Shown here: piece by piece, positions 31,315 through 45,311 of the stretch
Layout of the letters: each line of letters starts with the position of its first letter
Numbering within the stretch: the first letter of the stretch is position 1
From: Bigelowiella natans CCMP2755
Taxonomy: Eukaryota > Protista > Cercozoa
Direction: 5' to 3'
Length of the DNA stretch: 64,000 nucleotides
Assembly: GCA_000320545.1 (NCBI GenBank)
Contig: ADNK01001076.1
Span: forward strand, 186,001 to 250,000
Program-made: the position numbers and the translations under genes
The notes under the pieces: model-generated
The model's input: the letters and a program-made list of their open reading frames with translations, nothing else
Database searches by the model: none
What the model was told of the DNA's origin: nothing

Positions 31315-32170
31315 TTACTGTAGTGAATATCCAACACTTCCAGCAATACAAGCAGCTGCAAATAGGACGCTGCTGCAGCGCAGATATCGTTGGACATAAC
31401 CTTGTTGTTGTTGTTGCAAAAGAGAGGAGGTAGAATGTAGAGTAGCAAATGACGATGATGATGACGATGATGATGACGAAGAAATAAGCATCATCATCAG
31501 TAGCAGCAGCAGTAACTCACACAAACAAGCTCTACAACAACAACAACTACCACTATTACTACCTTCTCATTGGAAAGGTTAAAGACTTTTTTCATTTTAT
31601 CTTCCATGTCCTTGGTAACAGCCTGAACTTGCTTCTATTGGAAGAGAACAAATCATCGTAACGAATTGGAAGAAGAAGAATGAAAATAATCACCACCACC
31701 ATTATTATCATCATCATCATCATCATCATCACCATCACCTGCATGGAATTCCGAGAGCTTACTCCCTGAAACAGCAGCAGCAATTAGTTTGGTGAGTTAT
31801 AATTGCTTTGTTATGTAGAGCAGTATCACCCTAGTGATGTGTGACACATATACATCAAGAATATTGACTCCTTCACCAGTTGATTAGTTTAGGGTGTTAA
31901 TTGTTATATATAATAATAATAATAGTAATAATAATAATATATGTATGCATCGTGATAATTATTACACAGATCAGGTTAGCATCATGCTGGTAATACTACT
32001 ACTACAACTAGGCAACAACTACTACTTTATTAATCTTGAGTGCTTTTGATGTAATGTCTTTGTACAGAGCTTGACCCTTCTTAGCCGTATTCCACCGAGA
32101 TAACGATAAATCCTATTATTGGTATTATTAGCATCATTATTATTACTATTATTGTTCGTGTTCATTTAGT

Positions 32171-32205
<35 letters not shown>

Positions 32206-32443
32206 ATTATTGTCGTCGTCTTTGTCATCATAAATAAACCAACAATCACTACTACTAGTAGTAGTACCGCATATTCCGCGATTAGAATGAGCGCGGTACC
32301 CTTTAACTCCATGAGCTCTGGTGGTACAACCCTTGGTAGGTAATACATCATGTTGTTGTTCTTCTTCTTGTTCTCCTTTAAGAAAAGGTGGTGATTTGCA
32401 GCTACACCATTTATGATCTCGAGGCCAGCCTACAAGTGTATTG

Positions 32444-32474
<31 letters not shown>

Positions 32475-33054
32475 GCATCTTGCAAAAGTCGTTCTACTCA
32501 TCGATGATGATGAAAATCGTATACTCCTTCTCTCAATGTAAGGATCACTTACTTGATTCCTCTCAGTAGATTTTTGCCGTTCTAGTGTGATCAACTGCCA
32601 TGTCGTCTTTGCCATTGTCACTGGCTCGAAGGACTGTTGTCGGCTCAAATCTGGTAGATTTGACTGTGCAATAGTAACAAGATGAGGATGATTGCAAGCA
32701 AAGAAGATCACGATTAGAAGATCACGACTATTTATCTCACGAGCAAATTCTAACATCTGTGTAAATCCACTAAAACAATAAAATAGTGTGGTATTGCAAT
32801 AATTATCCCCTTCCTCTTGCCCACCACCACCATCATCATCATCATCATCATCATCATTGTTATCATTATCATCATCAAAAGCAGCAGCAGCAGCAGCAGC
32901 AGTATTTTATGTAGAAGTAAACAAACACATATATACCGGAAGGGCGAGATGACCGTCCTTGTCATTACTCTGCTTCTTAAAATTGAAAATTGATTTTTCC
33001 TTTTTTTCCTTCTGTTTCTTCGAGGAGGAGGAGGTGGAGGAGGAGCTGTCAATC

Positions 33055-33091
<37 letters not shown>

Positions 33092-33155
33092 GTGTAGGAG
33101 CTGTCAATCTGAGTAGTAGTAGTAGTAGTAGTAGTAGGTGTAGGAGCTGTCAATC

Positions 33156-33191
<36 letters not shown>

Positions 33192-33530
33192 ATAGTAGCA
33201 GTAGTAATAGTTGTAGAAGTCCACATTCTTATTATTCTTGTTTGATGTTCTCCTTTGATTTACTATCATCAATACAACCCTTACAACAATAGCAACAAGA
33301 ACAATAATGATGGTAACAGCATAGGGTGAGGAGGAGCTCCTTACTGCTACCTTGTTCTTGTTGTTGTTGTAAGTTATACACGACGTAGCGTAGAATTGCC
33401 TTCGAGCATCCGGAATAAATGGATACGAGACATTGTGAATTTCATCCCAATCTCCTTTGAAGTGGCGAGGGAGGGCGGGAGGGAAAGGGTCTTATGCGAA
33501 ACTTTTAAAAGGATAGAAAGAGAGGGAGAC

Positions 33531-33589
<59 letters not shown>

Positions 33590-34509
33590 AGAATAAGAAT
33601 GAGAATAAGAAACAACAAATTGATAATTATAATGATGATGATAGTAATGGTAGTTGATGAGAAGAAGTTATTAGTAGTACTACCTGTGATTTGGTTTAGG
33701 CTATGCAATGTCCATACAGTAGGATCACGCCATTTGTTGGAACTTGAAGTACGGAATCGGTATTTGAGTAAAGGGCCTATTGTTATTTGTTGGTTTGATG
33801 ATGATGATAATCATGATGATGATGATGAGTTGTTGTTGTTCAACACTGATCAACAATGATGATCTCCCTCTTTACCAATACAATGTACCACAGTATTACT
33901 TGTTGTAGGAAGAAGAAGAAGAAAAAGAACGAATATGAGAATATACTCTCCTCTCCCCCACCCTCCCTCCCTCCCTGCCTGCTGTCTACCTCCTACCTGT
34001 TGTTGTTGCCGTAAGACTCTTCTACTATTACTACTACTACAACTATTACTACTACTAACACTACATCATGCTGCTGCTACTATCACTAAATCTCTTTGTA
34101 CTATTATTACTTGTAAATATCATCATTACCAAGAGAGTTTACAAATGTAAAGATCAGCGTGGATTGATGGCGCTCTTTCCATGCGAAATCTCTACAGAAA
34201 GAGAGAGAGGGAAGAGGGGAGACTTAAAATTATCGTTATGGCTATTGAAAAGGTAGAAAAGTGAATAATCTCCTATTGCATGCTGCTGCTTCTTGTCGTC
34301 GTGTTACTCTCATTGCTTTGAGATTTGAATAAATAAATTTGGAGAGATTTTGTTAAAATTGTTAAAGTCTATTCCCTTGTTCTTCTGTTAAGACATGCAT
34401 GTGTAATACGTGCCTATTCCCTTGTTCTTCTGTTAAGACATGCATGTGTAATACGTGCTTCTTCTTCCCACCTCCACTCTTGGTATCCATATACAAATGG
34501 AGGTCTAAT

Positions 34510-34544
<35 letters not shown>

Positions 34545-34602
34545 CTGCTGGGTCAACAACTTCAGTGGTGAAATAACCGATCAGAGAGAAGGCAGAGAGA
34601 GA

Positions 34603-34641
<39 letters not shown>

Positions 34642-34916
34642 GAAAAAGATCTATGACTTATATTAAATGAACGAACGTGTATTACTACTACTACTACGGT
34701 GCATTGTAAAATAAATGATAACATAGTAATTGCACATGGAGTTCGTATCGTAGTACTACCTGAGGGAATCCATGTTGTGAAGGGTGCCATTCTTGTTGCT
34801 GCCTCCAGGATTCTCGATGTGAATCGGGGTAAAAACCTACAAAACAAACACACACAATGATATACACGATTCTCGATGTGGATCGGGGTAAAAATCTACA
34901 CACACACACACACACA

Positions 34917-34948
<32 letters not shown>

Positions 34949-34984
34949 AATGATATAATGTATGTATATAAAAATAAATCTATG

Positions 34985-35039
<55 letters not shown>

Positions 35040-35621
35040 GATGGTTCGTAGTGGTAGTAATAGTAATATAGTAGTAGTAGCAGTAGTAGGAAGGGGAGGA
35101 GGAAGAGGAGTAGTGGTAAGGGTTTGGGCAACAACGCACATTATTCTCAGTATTATTGCTGTTATTGTTCCTCTTATATTATTGTTATTGTTGTTACTAG
35201 TTGCTATTATTATTATATTATTATTGTTATTATTATTGTTATTGTTGATGATGATGATGATGTTGTGGTGGTATTGGTGGAATTTATTCCAGACATGACC
35301 TGTCCTCCAGTAAATGTCGCTGCCGTAGTATGAAACTTCTTCTCGATCCAATCCCCCCAGTTCATAAACCGAAACTATCACATAGTAGTTGTCAGTCAGT
35401 CAGCCACTCACTCACTCACACGTTGGAGAAGAAGGAAGAAGAAGGAAGAAGAAGAAGAAGAAGAAGAAGAAGAAGAAGAAGCAGAAAACAGTTGGTTGTT
35501 GCAAGATCATCACCTCTTTAAAAAACTACTAAGAATAATAAGAAATAATAGCATAGTAGTTGCTGTTCTTGTTAAATGTTTGCTGTTGTTGCAGCTGCTG
35601 CTGCTGATGATGACGACGACG

Positions 35622-35652
<31 letters not shown>

Positions 35653-35718
35653 GTAATATACCTGAATACCACCAAGGGCTAGGCTCTTTGCGCTGCCACG
35701 TGCCTGCGTGAATCTACC

Positions 35719-35749
<31 letters not shown>

Positions 35750-35757
35750 GTAAACAC

Positions 35758-35797
<40 letters not shown>

Positions 35798-35814
35798 TTA
35801 ACACAAAACACATC

Positions 35815-35855
<41 letters not shown>

Positions 35856-35972
35856 ATACATTACGCACATCTGTTACGATGACAATGAAAATGTTGTTGT
35901 GGTAGTAATCAACAATGAATGAATGAATGATTACCAACTACTATCACCAAACAAAGCAAGCAATTCGTGCTG

Positions 35973-36021
<49 letters not shown>

Positions 36022-36251
36022 GTACTGTCCCTCCTCCCACCTCCTCCCACCTCCCCTCCCTTCATCTACAACTGACCTGAATGCGTAGACACGAGTGTAC
36101 GCAGGACGAATATTCTCAGGCTGATGACGAGAGAATCATGAAAGGGATGGAGATAAAGTGATCGGAGAACAGAAATAATAACATATATGGCGAAATGACG
36201 TTGAAATGAAAGTCTACTATCACAACCCAGATGGAAATCATCTACATAATT

Positions 36252-36284
<33 letters not shown>

Positions 36285-37372
36285 GTAATGATGATAAGAT
36301 GGATAGGGAAATACCGCTTAGTCGGTACAAACACACACGCATGCACAAGAACTTGTGGCAAAATAAAACAAATGACTAACAGCAGATAAGAGGTTATTAG
36401 GTATGAGATGATACGTATTACTGCTACTACAACAACTACTACTACTACTACATTTATAAGAATTGTTTCTTTAGCGTTGCCTTTTCCGACCCGATACGTC
36501 ATCTATTAACCGAAAAGACAACCGATGTCAACAATAACAAATCAATCATCATTATCATCATCATCATCATCATCATCATCATCGTGAACATGATAGCCAA
36601 TCATCAGAGCTATTAAACATAATATGAGGGGGAGGAGGAGTAGCTTTACATTAGCAGGGCAAATGGCATTAGACAATTAACTGATCACTTATATAATAAT
36701 ATAATAATTATATAATATTTACATTCATATCATTGACATACTAATATTACAATCACTATCTTTACTACCGTATTCAACATCATCATTACTGTCATCGTTA
36801 AAACTATAATTTTTCTCATCGTCATTTTTGCCTTAATGCGCTCAGTTTCCTTCTGATCAGGACCCTCAGAAATCCCACGCACACCATTATACTGGATGTA
36901 TGATCATCATCATCATCATCATCTTAACTTTCATGATCATAATCAAAACTATCACCCCATTATTATTATTATTATTTTTATTATCATTATTTTTATATAA
37001 TTATTATCACACACCACCACCACCACCACCACTTCCATTATCATCATAACCTAGCAACCATGGTCATCAGCATAATATCCATCCCCCCCTTTTGGTTAAA
37101 CTATTCGTGTCAATATCATTACACGTCGTCATAGTAGTTGTCACATGTCTCTTATTCTTTTTCTATTAATGTCGCACAGTATATACACACACACACATAA
37201 ATTCAATAAATTTATATCCAGTAGCAAAAATTTTTGGGACTTTTGTCATATCTTTCAGGCCGTAGATTTCCATATATTTGCCTTTTGACTTTCCCTTGCC
37301 TTCACCATTCTATCACGAAACATAGCTACTGTGATGAAAGTTAACACATGCTTGCATGGTAATTTTGTCCAT
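23002..37372 (-). CDS. Large multi-exon ubiquitin-conjugating enzyme (BIRC6/UBE2O/UBE2Z-class UBC) with a C-terminal WW domain and acidic tail
   Basis: Exons: GGIGYGG (~30480), ANYLRSSFMQIAERQPLY, HTFKKDAERSPPPPKVIRRLTQEIGSL, PYGIFLRVDNSRMDLMRACIMAPGDAPYENG, VFFFDIWVPSNYPAAPPKCKIITTNRATVRFNPNLYNNGK|VCLSLLGTWSGPGWDPSYSNILQ|VLLSIQSMILG, NEPGW, WW-like SGKWYFWNPVT|GQSQWHRP, and the end EDDDDDGDEDEEEESDQDDY* (stop at 23002). The 5' end is uncertain. Confidence 0.8.
34369..34458 (+). repeat. Intronic 45-bp direct duplication
   Basis: ctattcccttgttcttctgttaagacatgcatgtgtaatacgtgc x2. Confidence 0.85.
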
Positions 37373-37474
37373 GATTTGCATTTGTTATAATTTCTTCCTT
37401 TTAAAGTTGTAAATATATATTATATTTATTTATATTTGGTACCCAACGACGTCATCCGTCATCATTACCGTCGG

Positions 37475-38830
37475 TCATGACATCTCATGTAATTCATTAT
37501 TATTGTTGTTGTTCATCCGATTCATTTATTTACTTACTACCTCGAACACAGCTTCAGCGCCAAAAAACTCCTCAAAACTGAGCATTCCATCGCTGTTCTG
37601 GTCGATTTTCTGCGAGCGACAAGAAAAAAAGGTTGGTTTGGTTTGGTTTGTAGGCAGGTATGGGATGATGATTGACACCAATAAGTGGAATATGTGTGGA
37701 GAGAGGGAAGAAGAAGAAGAAGAAGAAGAAGAAGAAGAAGAGAGAAGCTAGTAGGATATCAGCCAAGTGTGCGTTCTTCTTCGAACACAACTGGTAGTGT
37801 CATCATCCTCTCTCCTCGGATAATGATATTATATCGTACTTCTATATCATATGTTGACGTAGTAGTAGTAGTAGTTGTTGTAGTAGTAGTAATATATCTT
37901 TTGTGTATACTTCTTATTTATTGTTTTACGGAACAATAATACCTTCATTGCGGCTGCAACTAGTTCATTGCCCTGGTCTGATGTGACCACGCTGCGAGAA
38001 AGGGGGGGGGTGGGAGAGGAGGGAGATGAACGTGATGAGCAGAATTACCCAGGGATTCATATTTCATCCATCATGTGATATTATACATAGTAGGCGCGGT
38101 TCATCAGATTGAATAGATGTGGTGCTATCATAAATATGAATGTTGCGTTTCTTATGAGATTACATCAGCTTCTGCGCTATTAGTATTATTTCTTCTATTT
38201 ACTCTTCTAATTGTGATCTATTTCTAATCACCCCTACTACCCTCTTTGTATCTGCAAAGCTTTGAGGTCACTAAGAAATTTCTCGGCTTCCTTTCGTTCG
38301 AGCATACCTACACAACACACACACACACACACATAAGTACGTACGTAAGCACAACACACCGCACAACACATGCACGCGGCAAAGTTGCTTAAATACATGG
38401 GATATTGCTCTTGTGCCTTTTTTGATTTAGTACCAGATTTGTCCATGTCATAACATGCAAATGCCTGCCTCGCTTGCTCTTCATGCTCCTTCGTAAATTT
38501 ACCCTGTGTGGGGGGGGATGGATGTGATGATCGAATATCACAAAAGAGGAGCCTCCATTATCGACTTAATACTACTTCAGGAAGTACAAATATCTGAGGG
38601 AGAGGCATCGAATATGACATGAAAGGGCCTTCAATATGAAATTAGAAAGCACAAAATATCCGAGGGGGAAAATCGTGCATACAAGGGGGCTTTACAAACA
38701 AGTACATACACGCATGCAGATGCACACATACACATACACATACACACAAACCTACCTTAAAATTGATGTGGGAGAGAAGAGATTTTCCAAGCTGGGCATT
38801 CTCCTCAGGAAGTGAAGATCCGATTCCCAT
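37475..38830 (-). CDS. EF-hand calcium-binding protein with an N-myristoylation-like start
   Basis: MGIGSS start at 38830. Spliced EF loops are AFACYDMDKSG|MLERKEAEKFL and AAAMK|KIDQNSDGMLSFEEFF. The last exon is uncertain. Confidence 0.75.
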
Positions 38831-40619
38831 TTTTCTTCCTGTATGTAATAAGTATCAGATCTTTGGAAGAGGAATTTCATTCACCGTTTTGGCGTGAAAT
38901 TCTTCTGCAGATTTATACATCCCTATACTCCCAGTAGCAGGGGGTTGTTGTTGTACGCGAAGATTTGGTGTACGTACGTTAGCCCAGTAAGCATGCATCA
39001 AAAACGTGGAGAACAATGGGGATCAAGTTCGTCTTCTTACTATATGCTACTCCTCCTCTTAAAAAACCATGGTGAACTGTGAATTGAATGAAGAGGCACA
39101 AGAATGCTGCGGATGGGCTGAGCTGCAACTACTGCTGCTTCGTACTATATCAATAGTAGAGGTAGATGCCGCTCCGTCAACCGATTGATCAATCGATGAT
39201 GCAATGAAATTTACCACGAGGTGATTGGTTGTTTAGAGGACGAGTGGCCACTTTCCCATAAAAATCCTTTTATTTTCTGTCGTATAGACAAATATGCCTA
39301 GATCTATGTCCACCTATTCTTCGAATATCTTTGAATACGAGTAGATCTATAAAAACAACTCAAGGAAATTTCCTGAGCATGACCAGGTGCAAATGGAGAT
39401 ATTATTATTATTTTTTTCCAAGAAATTTTCTCCGTTTCAGAATTGAGTGTAGCAAAATAATAGTTACCTTATCAGTGGACACTGGGCATTTTCCCTAAAT
39501 TTGGGGATGCGTGAGCACTTTTTGGTTTTTGGAGTCTATTTCAAAAGCTACGACATAAAACTGGTCTTACCGCAACGTGGATAATTGAGATTTAATGCAT
39601 GACTGAAAGTTAGCCCACACCATCCTAATAGATTAAATTTAGACAGAATGAGGTTGTCACATATCAGAAATATAGGCTATCTTTTACTAACATGTGCACG
39701 TTAAGTCAAAATCTACGACCTGGATCACTCAGACACGCAAAGCCCCCCGTGTAATGATGTGATCACGCATACCTTATGTTTGAGGGCAGGGGCTGGGTTT
39801 TTAGATTAGAGGGTTCTTGATCGCACCCCATGACATGCGCGTCGCACATTAACATGGAGTATCGGTTGATCTATAACTATTCTCCAAATCGTGCGGATGC
39901 CAGAGCGACTACTTCGATGACTATGGTGTGAATGCCCTGTATCCTCCAGGGACATTCTTGAACAGTCACCGTATAGATCCAATTGGTGTAGCAAATGAAC
40001 AAGTGAAGGATTATTTGATATCATGTTGAGGGAGTTTTCCCAAGTTGTCCTAATATTGTCTGGATTCTTTCATCATATTCTGTTTAGGAGCTTTGGTCTC
40101 ACAGCCAGTGCAAGGTAGTTGAAGACTTGTGATGAGAGCATTGTGACGCCCCCGAAGATGACCAAATACATTGTTACACACTCTGAAATTTTATGAGGAA
40201 CAAAATTAGCGGATTTCTCTGAGGGGATCTTATTCACCCCCTTCTCACCCTAATCGAATTTCACAACATGAAGTCACATTTTCCGCGATTTAGGAACTTT
40301 CGGATGGACATCCAAATACATTTCAACCGGTATCATCTATCAACACGACCATTTTTTTTGTAATGTCCAGATGATGACAAAAATCAACGCTTGGCTTCTG
40401 ACATCCTTTGATGTGAAAATTGACCACACTTCTGACCGACACCCAATTATTATGAGCACATATTCCGGTCTTGTTTTGTGCTCGCATGCTAATTTTGTTT
40501 CTTGTTCTATGTGCATCAGAAGTAAAAGGTAGGATCACATTTCGAAACAAGCACGCCACCGGAAAATTCCCACTCGATTCAATGTTAGAATGGGCATTTT
40601 CCAAAAGGGCATAAGTAAT

Positions 40620-41990
40620 TTGTGGATGAATGTCAAAAATTTTGTTTGTGAAGCAAACACAATCATGCGTCAGTGCAAAGATGGCTTTAAACGCGGATGA
40701 CTCGAAGTTCATTTGAATTGATCTGAGGTGCGCATGCATGAGATGTGATCCGACTGTTTTCAATCGATGTGCGTGCAAAGTGGCCACTCGATTCTAGCTT
40801 TATTTGCATGCGCGCGCCTGTCTAGCTGTCACACGCGGGGAATGCACGGTAGTAGGCATGGAGAGCAACCCAACCCAATCAAAATCGATGTGCACACAGA
40901 TTCAGCACACCATGGAACAACCGCATGCTAACATGATGAGCTGAGCGAGCTGCATGCGATTGCGTGTCACGCGCGCATGAGCTATGCTAGTGAGTGCAAG
41001 AACATCGTAGTGCAACGCGTGCTTGCGAGTTATTAGCAGACAGCACACCTCTAGACCTCCCTTCTGCGCGATGTAGCGAATGTGGCTCAGCTAGACAAAG
41101 CCGTCTAGCCGGCGTCACAAACACGATCGACGGCCTGCGCCACACGCGTGAGCTGCGATTTGCGTGGTTGATGCATGTGAGTTTTCAAAGTCACTGTTCT
41201 GTTTGAAATGAATGGCATTCGTTCAGCGAAAATCACCACTTCTAGACCTCCATTCGACTTGAACACGACTGAACATGACAGCACTCGAACGAACGTGGTA
41301 CAGTGGCAACAGTGGACACACTCGGTGACGTCACGTTCAACTGTTCGCAATGCAAGCATGCAAGACACCTCTGACTTGCAGTGCACGAAACGCAGTGCCT
41401 CGAACTGGCTTCTGGCTTCAGTGAGGACCAACTGGTGAAGACCAGCAGATTTTGAAGTTGGCACACTGGCCATTGCTGAATTGTGGAGCAGTGTGACTGG
41501 CAGCAACGTGGCGGTGACACGAACAAAGCAACAACTCTGGACCTGCTCTGAGCAGGAACTCCTGAACTGGTGAAAGCTGCACCCATGCGACGGTCCACAG
41601 TCGGGTCGTCCGAGGGAGCACCAAGTGGGACTTCGGTTTTGCTGGAACCAGCCAGCCAGAAGCGTGAAAAAGGAGGAGCAGGCAGAAGAGCCAGGAACAA
41701 GCTAGACAAAGGTGCAAGAGCTAGAGAGGGCCACTCTCACACTTGAGAAAAATCTGTTCCTCACAGAAGCAATGAAACAATGATGATGAACTGCATTTCC
41801 AAAGTGTTGCAAGACATTTGCAGTGTGCGAAACGCAGTGCCTCGAACTAGCTTTGGTGAGGTCCAACTGGAGAATCCAGGAGGCATTTGACAGCATCTTG
41901 AGTGAAATCAGGGTGCGCACCGTCCACATCTCTCTCAAGTCTCCTGCGCATGTCAGGAGATGTGCATGCATCTCGGGATGATCTCGGGAT
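40620..41990. other. Second TpA-depleted repeat tract
   Basis: No TpA between 41301 and 41702; survivors elsewhere are mostly CTAG/GTAG. Contains family B copies and cgactgtttt.a.tcgatgtg.gtgca, shared with ~695-720. Confidence 0.8.
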
Positions 41991-42022
41991 AATCTCGGGT
42001 TAATCTCGGAAATTATCAGGAT

Positions 42023-43582
42023 ATGCAGACTACGGGCAGGGGCAAACCAATGCCTTGGTTGCTGGACCTGCTCTTCTTGCTTCTTACATTTCAGATCTTC
42101 AAAACTACAGCGGAACCCTGCAGAATAACCAGCAGAGTTCGTCTTCCGATAAGAAGGTCGACTCTGCATTCGCTGGAAAACTCAAGGCCACCTACTTTTC
42201 CGGGGAAATCACACTTGTTCGTGAAGGACGAACCCTATCCATTTAAGAGAAAGTTTTCGGAGCTATGCATTGGAGCAGCAGGAATAATTTGCGCAGTCAT
42301 GTTAGCAAACGCGCCAATTGCAGATGCAGTTGAGACTTTCCAGATAGAAAATGTCCGCCCATCATACAAAGGCTACCAATCGACCTCTGGAGGAGTCAAA
42401 GCTTTGGTGCAGGTCTAAAATGTATGTTTATCGGAGATGAGCTCCACCTAAATTTATAGTTTTAGGGACTAACAGATCTTACCAATGCTATCGGCCTAGG
42501 GAAGGCAACTTATGCTGATGGTGCGGCCAACGAGGACATAGACCACAACTACTCGCAACTTACTCCCACAGGATTGCGAGATGTGATCGAGGCAGACTTC
42601 AGAGTAACAAAGTTTCACTTTCTTTCGATAATTCCGTGACGCTAGAATTTTTGAATTCCAGGAAAGAAACTATTTATGGACGGGAAGACTGACAACTTTC
42701 GCCTATGGACGAGATTGCGTCTTCACAGACCCTACCCTCACATTCACAGGGGTAATAATTATTTTGCAACAACATCATCATCGAAACACAAATGGGTTAA
42801 CACTAATTTTCCTAAAATTACACAGGTCGACACTTTCAAGCGGAACCTTGCCAATCTGAGCCCTGCAATCGATGCATTAGTTGAGAACCCAACCACTAGG
42901 CTCTTTAAAATCGAACTCAAGGTTGGGCATTCGTCGATACATTTTAGAAAAGATTTTTGTCTTGCGACACGACCACGATGCGGCAGAAAAAAGTTAATTA
43001 CACTTGTATTTCTCAATCTATTTTACCACTTGGGAGTTCTTGGGGCTATGTTCCGTGCAGCACACACTTTGTCGCCTTTGATCCACCTTTATTTGAGATG
43101 ACGAGGACCACTTGTATTTTCAGGAGGAACAGGATCAAATCATTGCGGAGTGGGAGATGGAAGGTCGCATTCGTCTGCCATGGAGACCAAGAATTAAGCT
43201 TCAAGGTTTGAACAAATTTTGAAACGATAGTTTTTTTTTCACGGCAATGTTTGGTGACAGGAGAAACGAGATACACGTTTTCACCATCTTTGAGAAACAA
43301 GGTAGAGGCCTCCACGAATCTCCAAGGATGAACTACATCGAAATCAAAGAACAAAAGCACGCATCACATGAGCGCACTGCGCACATCTAAATCGAAATTT
43401 ACGCGAAGGATATCACACACCAATTTGAAGGCAATTTCTTTTGTTGTTACAAACGCACACATTCCATGGATTTGTAACAGTTGAAATTACAGATAGTAAG
43501 ATATGACGAGAGTTGGGGAATCACGGCTGGAGAAGCACTCAAACAGATTCTGACCCCCGTCACAGCGCAGCAATCATGGTAG
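42023..43582 (+). CDS. DUF2358 (NTF2/SnoaL-like) protein, predicted plastid-targeted
   Basis: Signal peptide (WLLDLLFLLLTFQIFKTTA), an R/S-rich transit region and a hydrophobic A-x-A segment. Spliced core: ADFR|ERNYLWTGRLTTFAYGRDCVFTDPTLTFTG|VDTFKRNLANL...|AEWEMEGRIRLPWRPRI|GETRYTF|IVRYDESWGITAGEALKQIL*. Confidence 0.8.
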
Positions 43583-43691
43583 ATAATAGACATACGTATA
43601 TATATTATACATACTGTGTCTAGCATCTGACAGTCTGCGATTACACAAATGAACTTGCACGAGGAAACCAAACGCATCGCAAGGCCGCAAG

Positions 43692-43730
<39 letters not shown>

Positions 43731-43789
43731 AGAAAACACCATTGGGCAATTTCATCTACTGACATCACGGGGGTTTCACTTCCTTCATT

Positions 43790-44420
43790 GTCGCAATCTG
43801 TGTCATACAAATGCACATTCATCTCGTGCTGCAATCAACTGCTCCTAATTTTTGCATCGCACAGCATGCATGAACACAGCCAAATCACCTTGCACTGTAA
43901 GACGGATGCAATGAATCAAATTGAATTTGGTCAATGGTCATCCTCATGTAGCTGTAAATGTTGTAGCACAACACACCATCATGTCTAGCTAGCTAGGCTA
44001 GCTAGCATTGTCCGCGCTATCTAGCTGTGGCCGCCGCTTTGCACAGCTACGCATATCAGGATGATGCTTGAAAACACGCAATCATTTCGTCTGCATCCGG
44101 CTCAGACTGTGAGACGGACACATGCGATGCGATGAATCGAACAAATTCAGCATCGCAACCAATAAATCAAATTCGTTCAGCCTCACATTACTGCTAGCAT
44201 AGCATGCGCTCACACGACATGCACACACACACACACACACATGTTGCATGCTGGCATCCTCAAGGGAATGACACGCTGTAGCTGATTCTTTGCACAGCTG
44301 CATATTGGGATGACAATTGAAAGTGTTTGTGATCATTCATGACATCCGACCTACACGCATGTTGTACATAGCTACATGTACCATGAGTTTTAGGATTGAA
44401 ACACGCACGCGTGAATCCAG
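43790..44420. repeat. TpA-depleted repeat relic with family A copy (43895-43955) and inverted arm (44285-44350)
   Basis: Sequence match to 385-455 and 57614-57675. A surviving CTAG cluster (ctagctagctaggctagctag) lies at ~43985. Confidence 0.6.
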
Positions 44421-44752
44421 GGGTAATGTGCGGTGAACATACAATGTACTGTAATCATGGTTAATGATATTAACAAGGCGATAATAATAACATACACGTA
44501 ATAAAGTATATTGAAACATAGGCCATCTTTCTACGTCTCATTATTAGCATATTCGTCTATTTGTCTATATTCTGCCCATCCTAATTCCAAATTTTCTCCT
44601 GTGATTCTCCCTTGAAGCTACTACTATATTTGTCAACCAATTGCTCACAACGAATTACATTGCATAACACTCCCTCATCAGTTCCACACAAGATCTCTCT
44701 CTACAACTTCAATTATAAATTAAAAAAATTATCTTCTTTTCAGGATTACTAT

Positions 44753-45159
44753 TTACACGGAAAATGATATGGACAAGGGGGGTGCCTTCATCAATCTTGT
44801 GCTGGCTAATAACTGACTACTGCGATGTAGATTTGAATTCAAACCCTAGTGTAACTAACTTACCACAGAAAAATAATCGACGTCACCATCATCATCATCA
44901 TCATTTTCTCTACTACTACTTTTAACTAACCACTGGCTATCCACAGCCGACAGAGCACCTTTTTGTTCTAAACTCCGCAGTTGCTCTTTGAATATCTCAT
45001 GAGCTCAGTGTGTAATTTTTAAAACCATTCCTTCTTTAATGATGAAGTTGGTGTTGCTGATGAAGATGATAGAACTTGGCTAGTGCTGCAGCAAGGACGT
45101 GTGTAGTGGGAAGGGTATTTATAGTCTTACTCTCATCCTCTACTGCCACTTTTGTCTTC

Positions 45160-45191
<32 letters not shown>

Positions 45192-45280
45192 CCAACTACT
45201 GAGGGAGGCGGGCAATACCTTCTTGACCAGTGTCATTGCATCCGATGATTGTACCGATAACGATGACGATGACGATGGTA

Positions 45281-45311
<31 letters not shown>

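Noticed and set aside
23500-37900. Many homopolymer ORFs (poly-M, I, H, HT, CV, RE)
   Set aside because: Translations of intronic microsatellites.
39806-40787. Possible hAT-like transposase relic (DNIRTTWENSLNMI)
   Set aside because: Only a vague likeness to TRWNS; no other hAT motifs seen.
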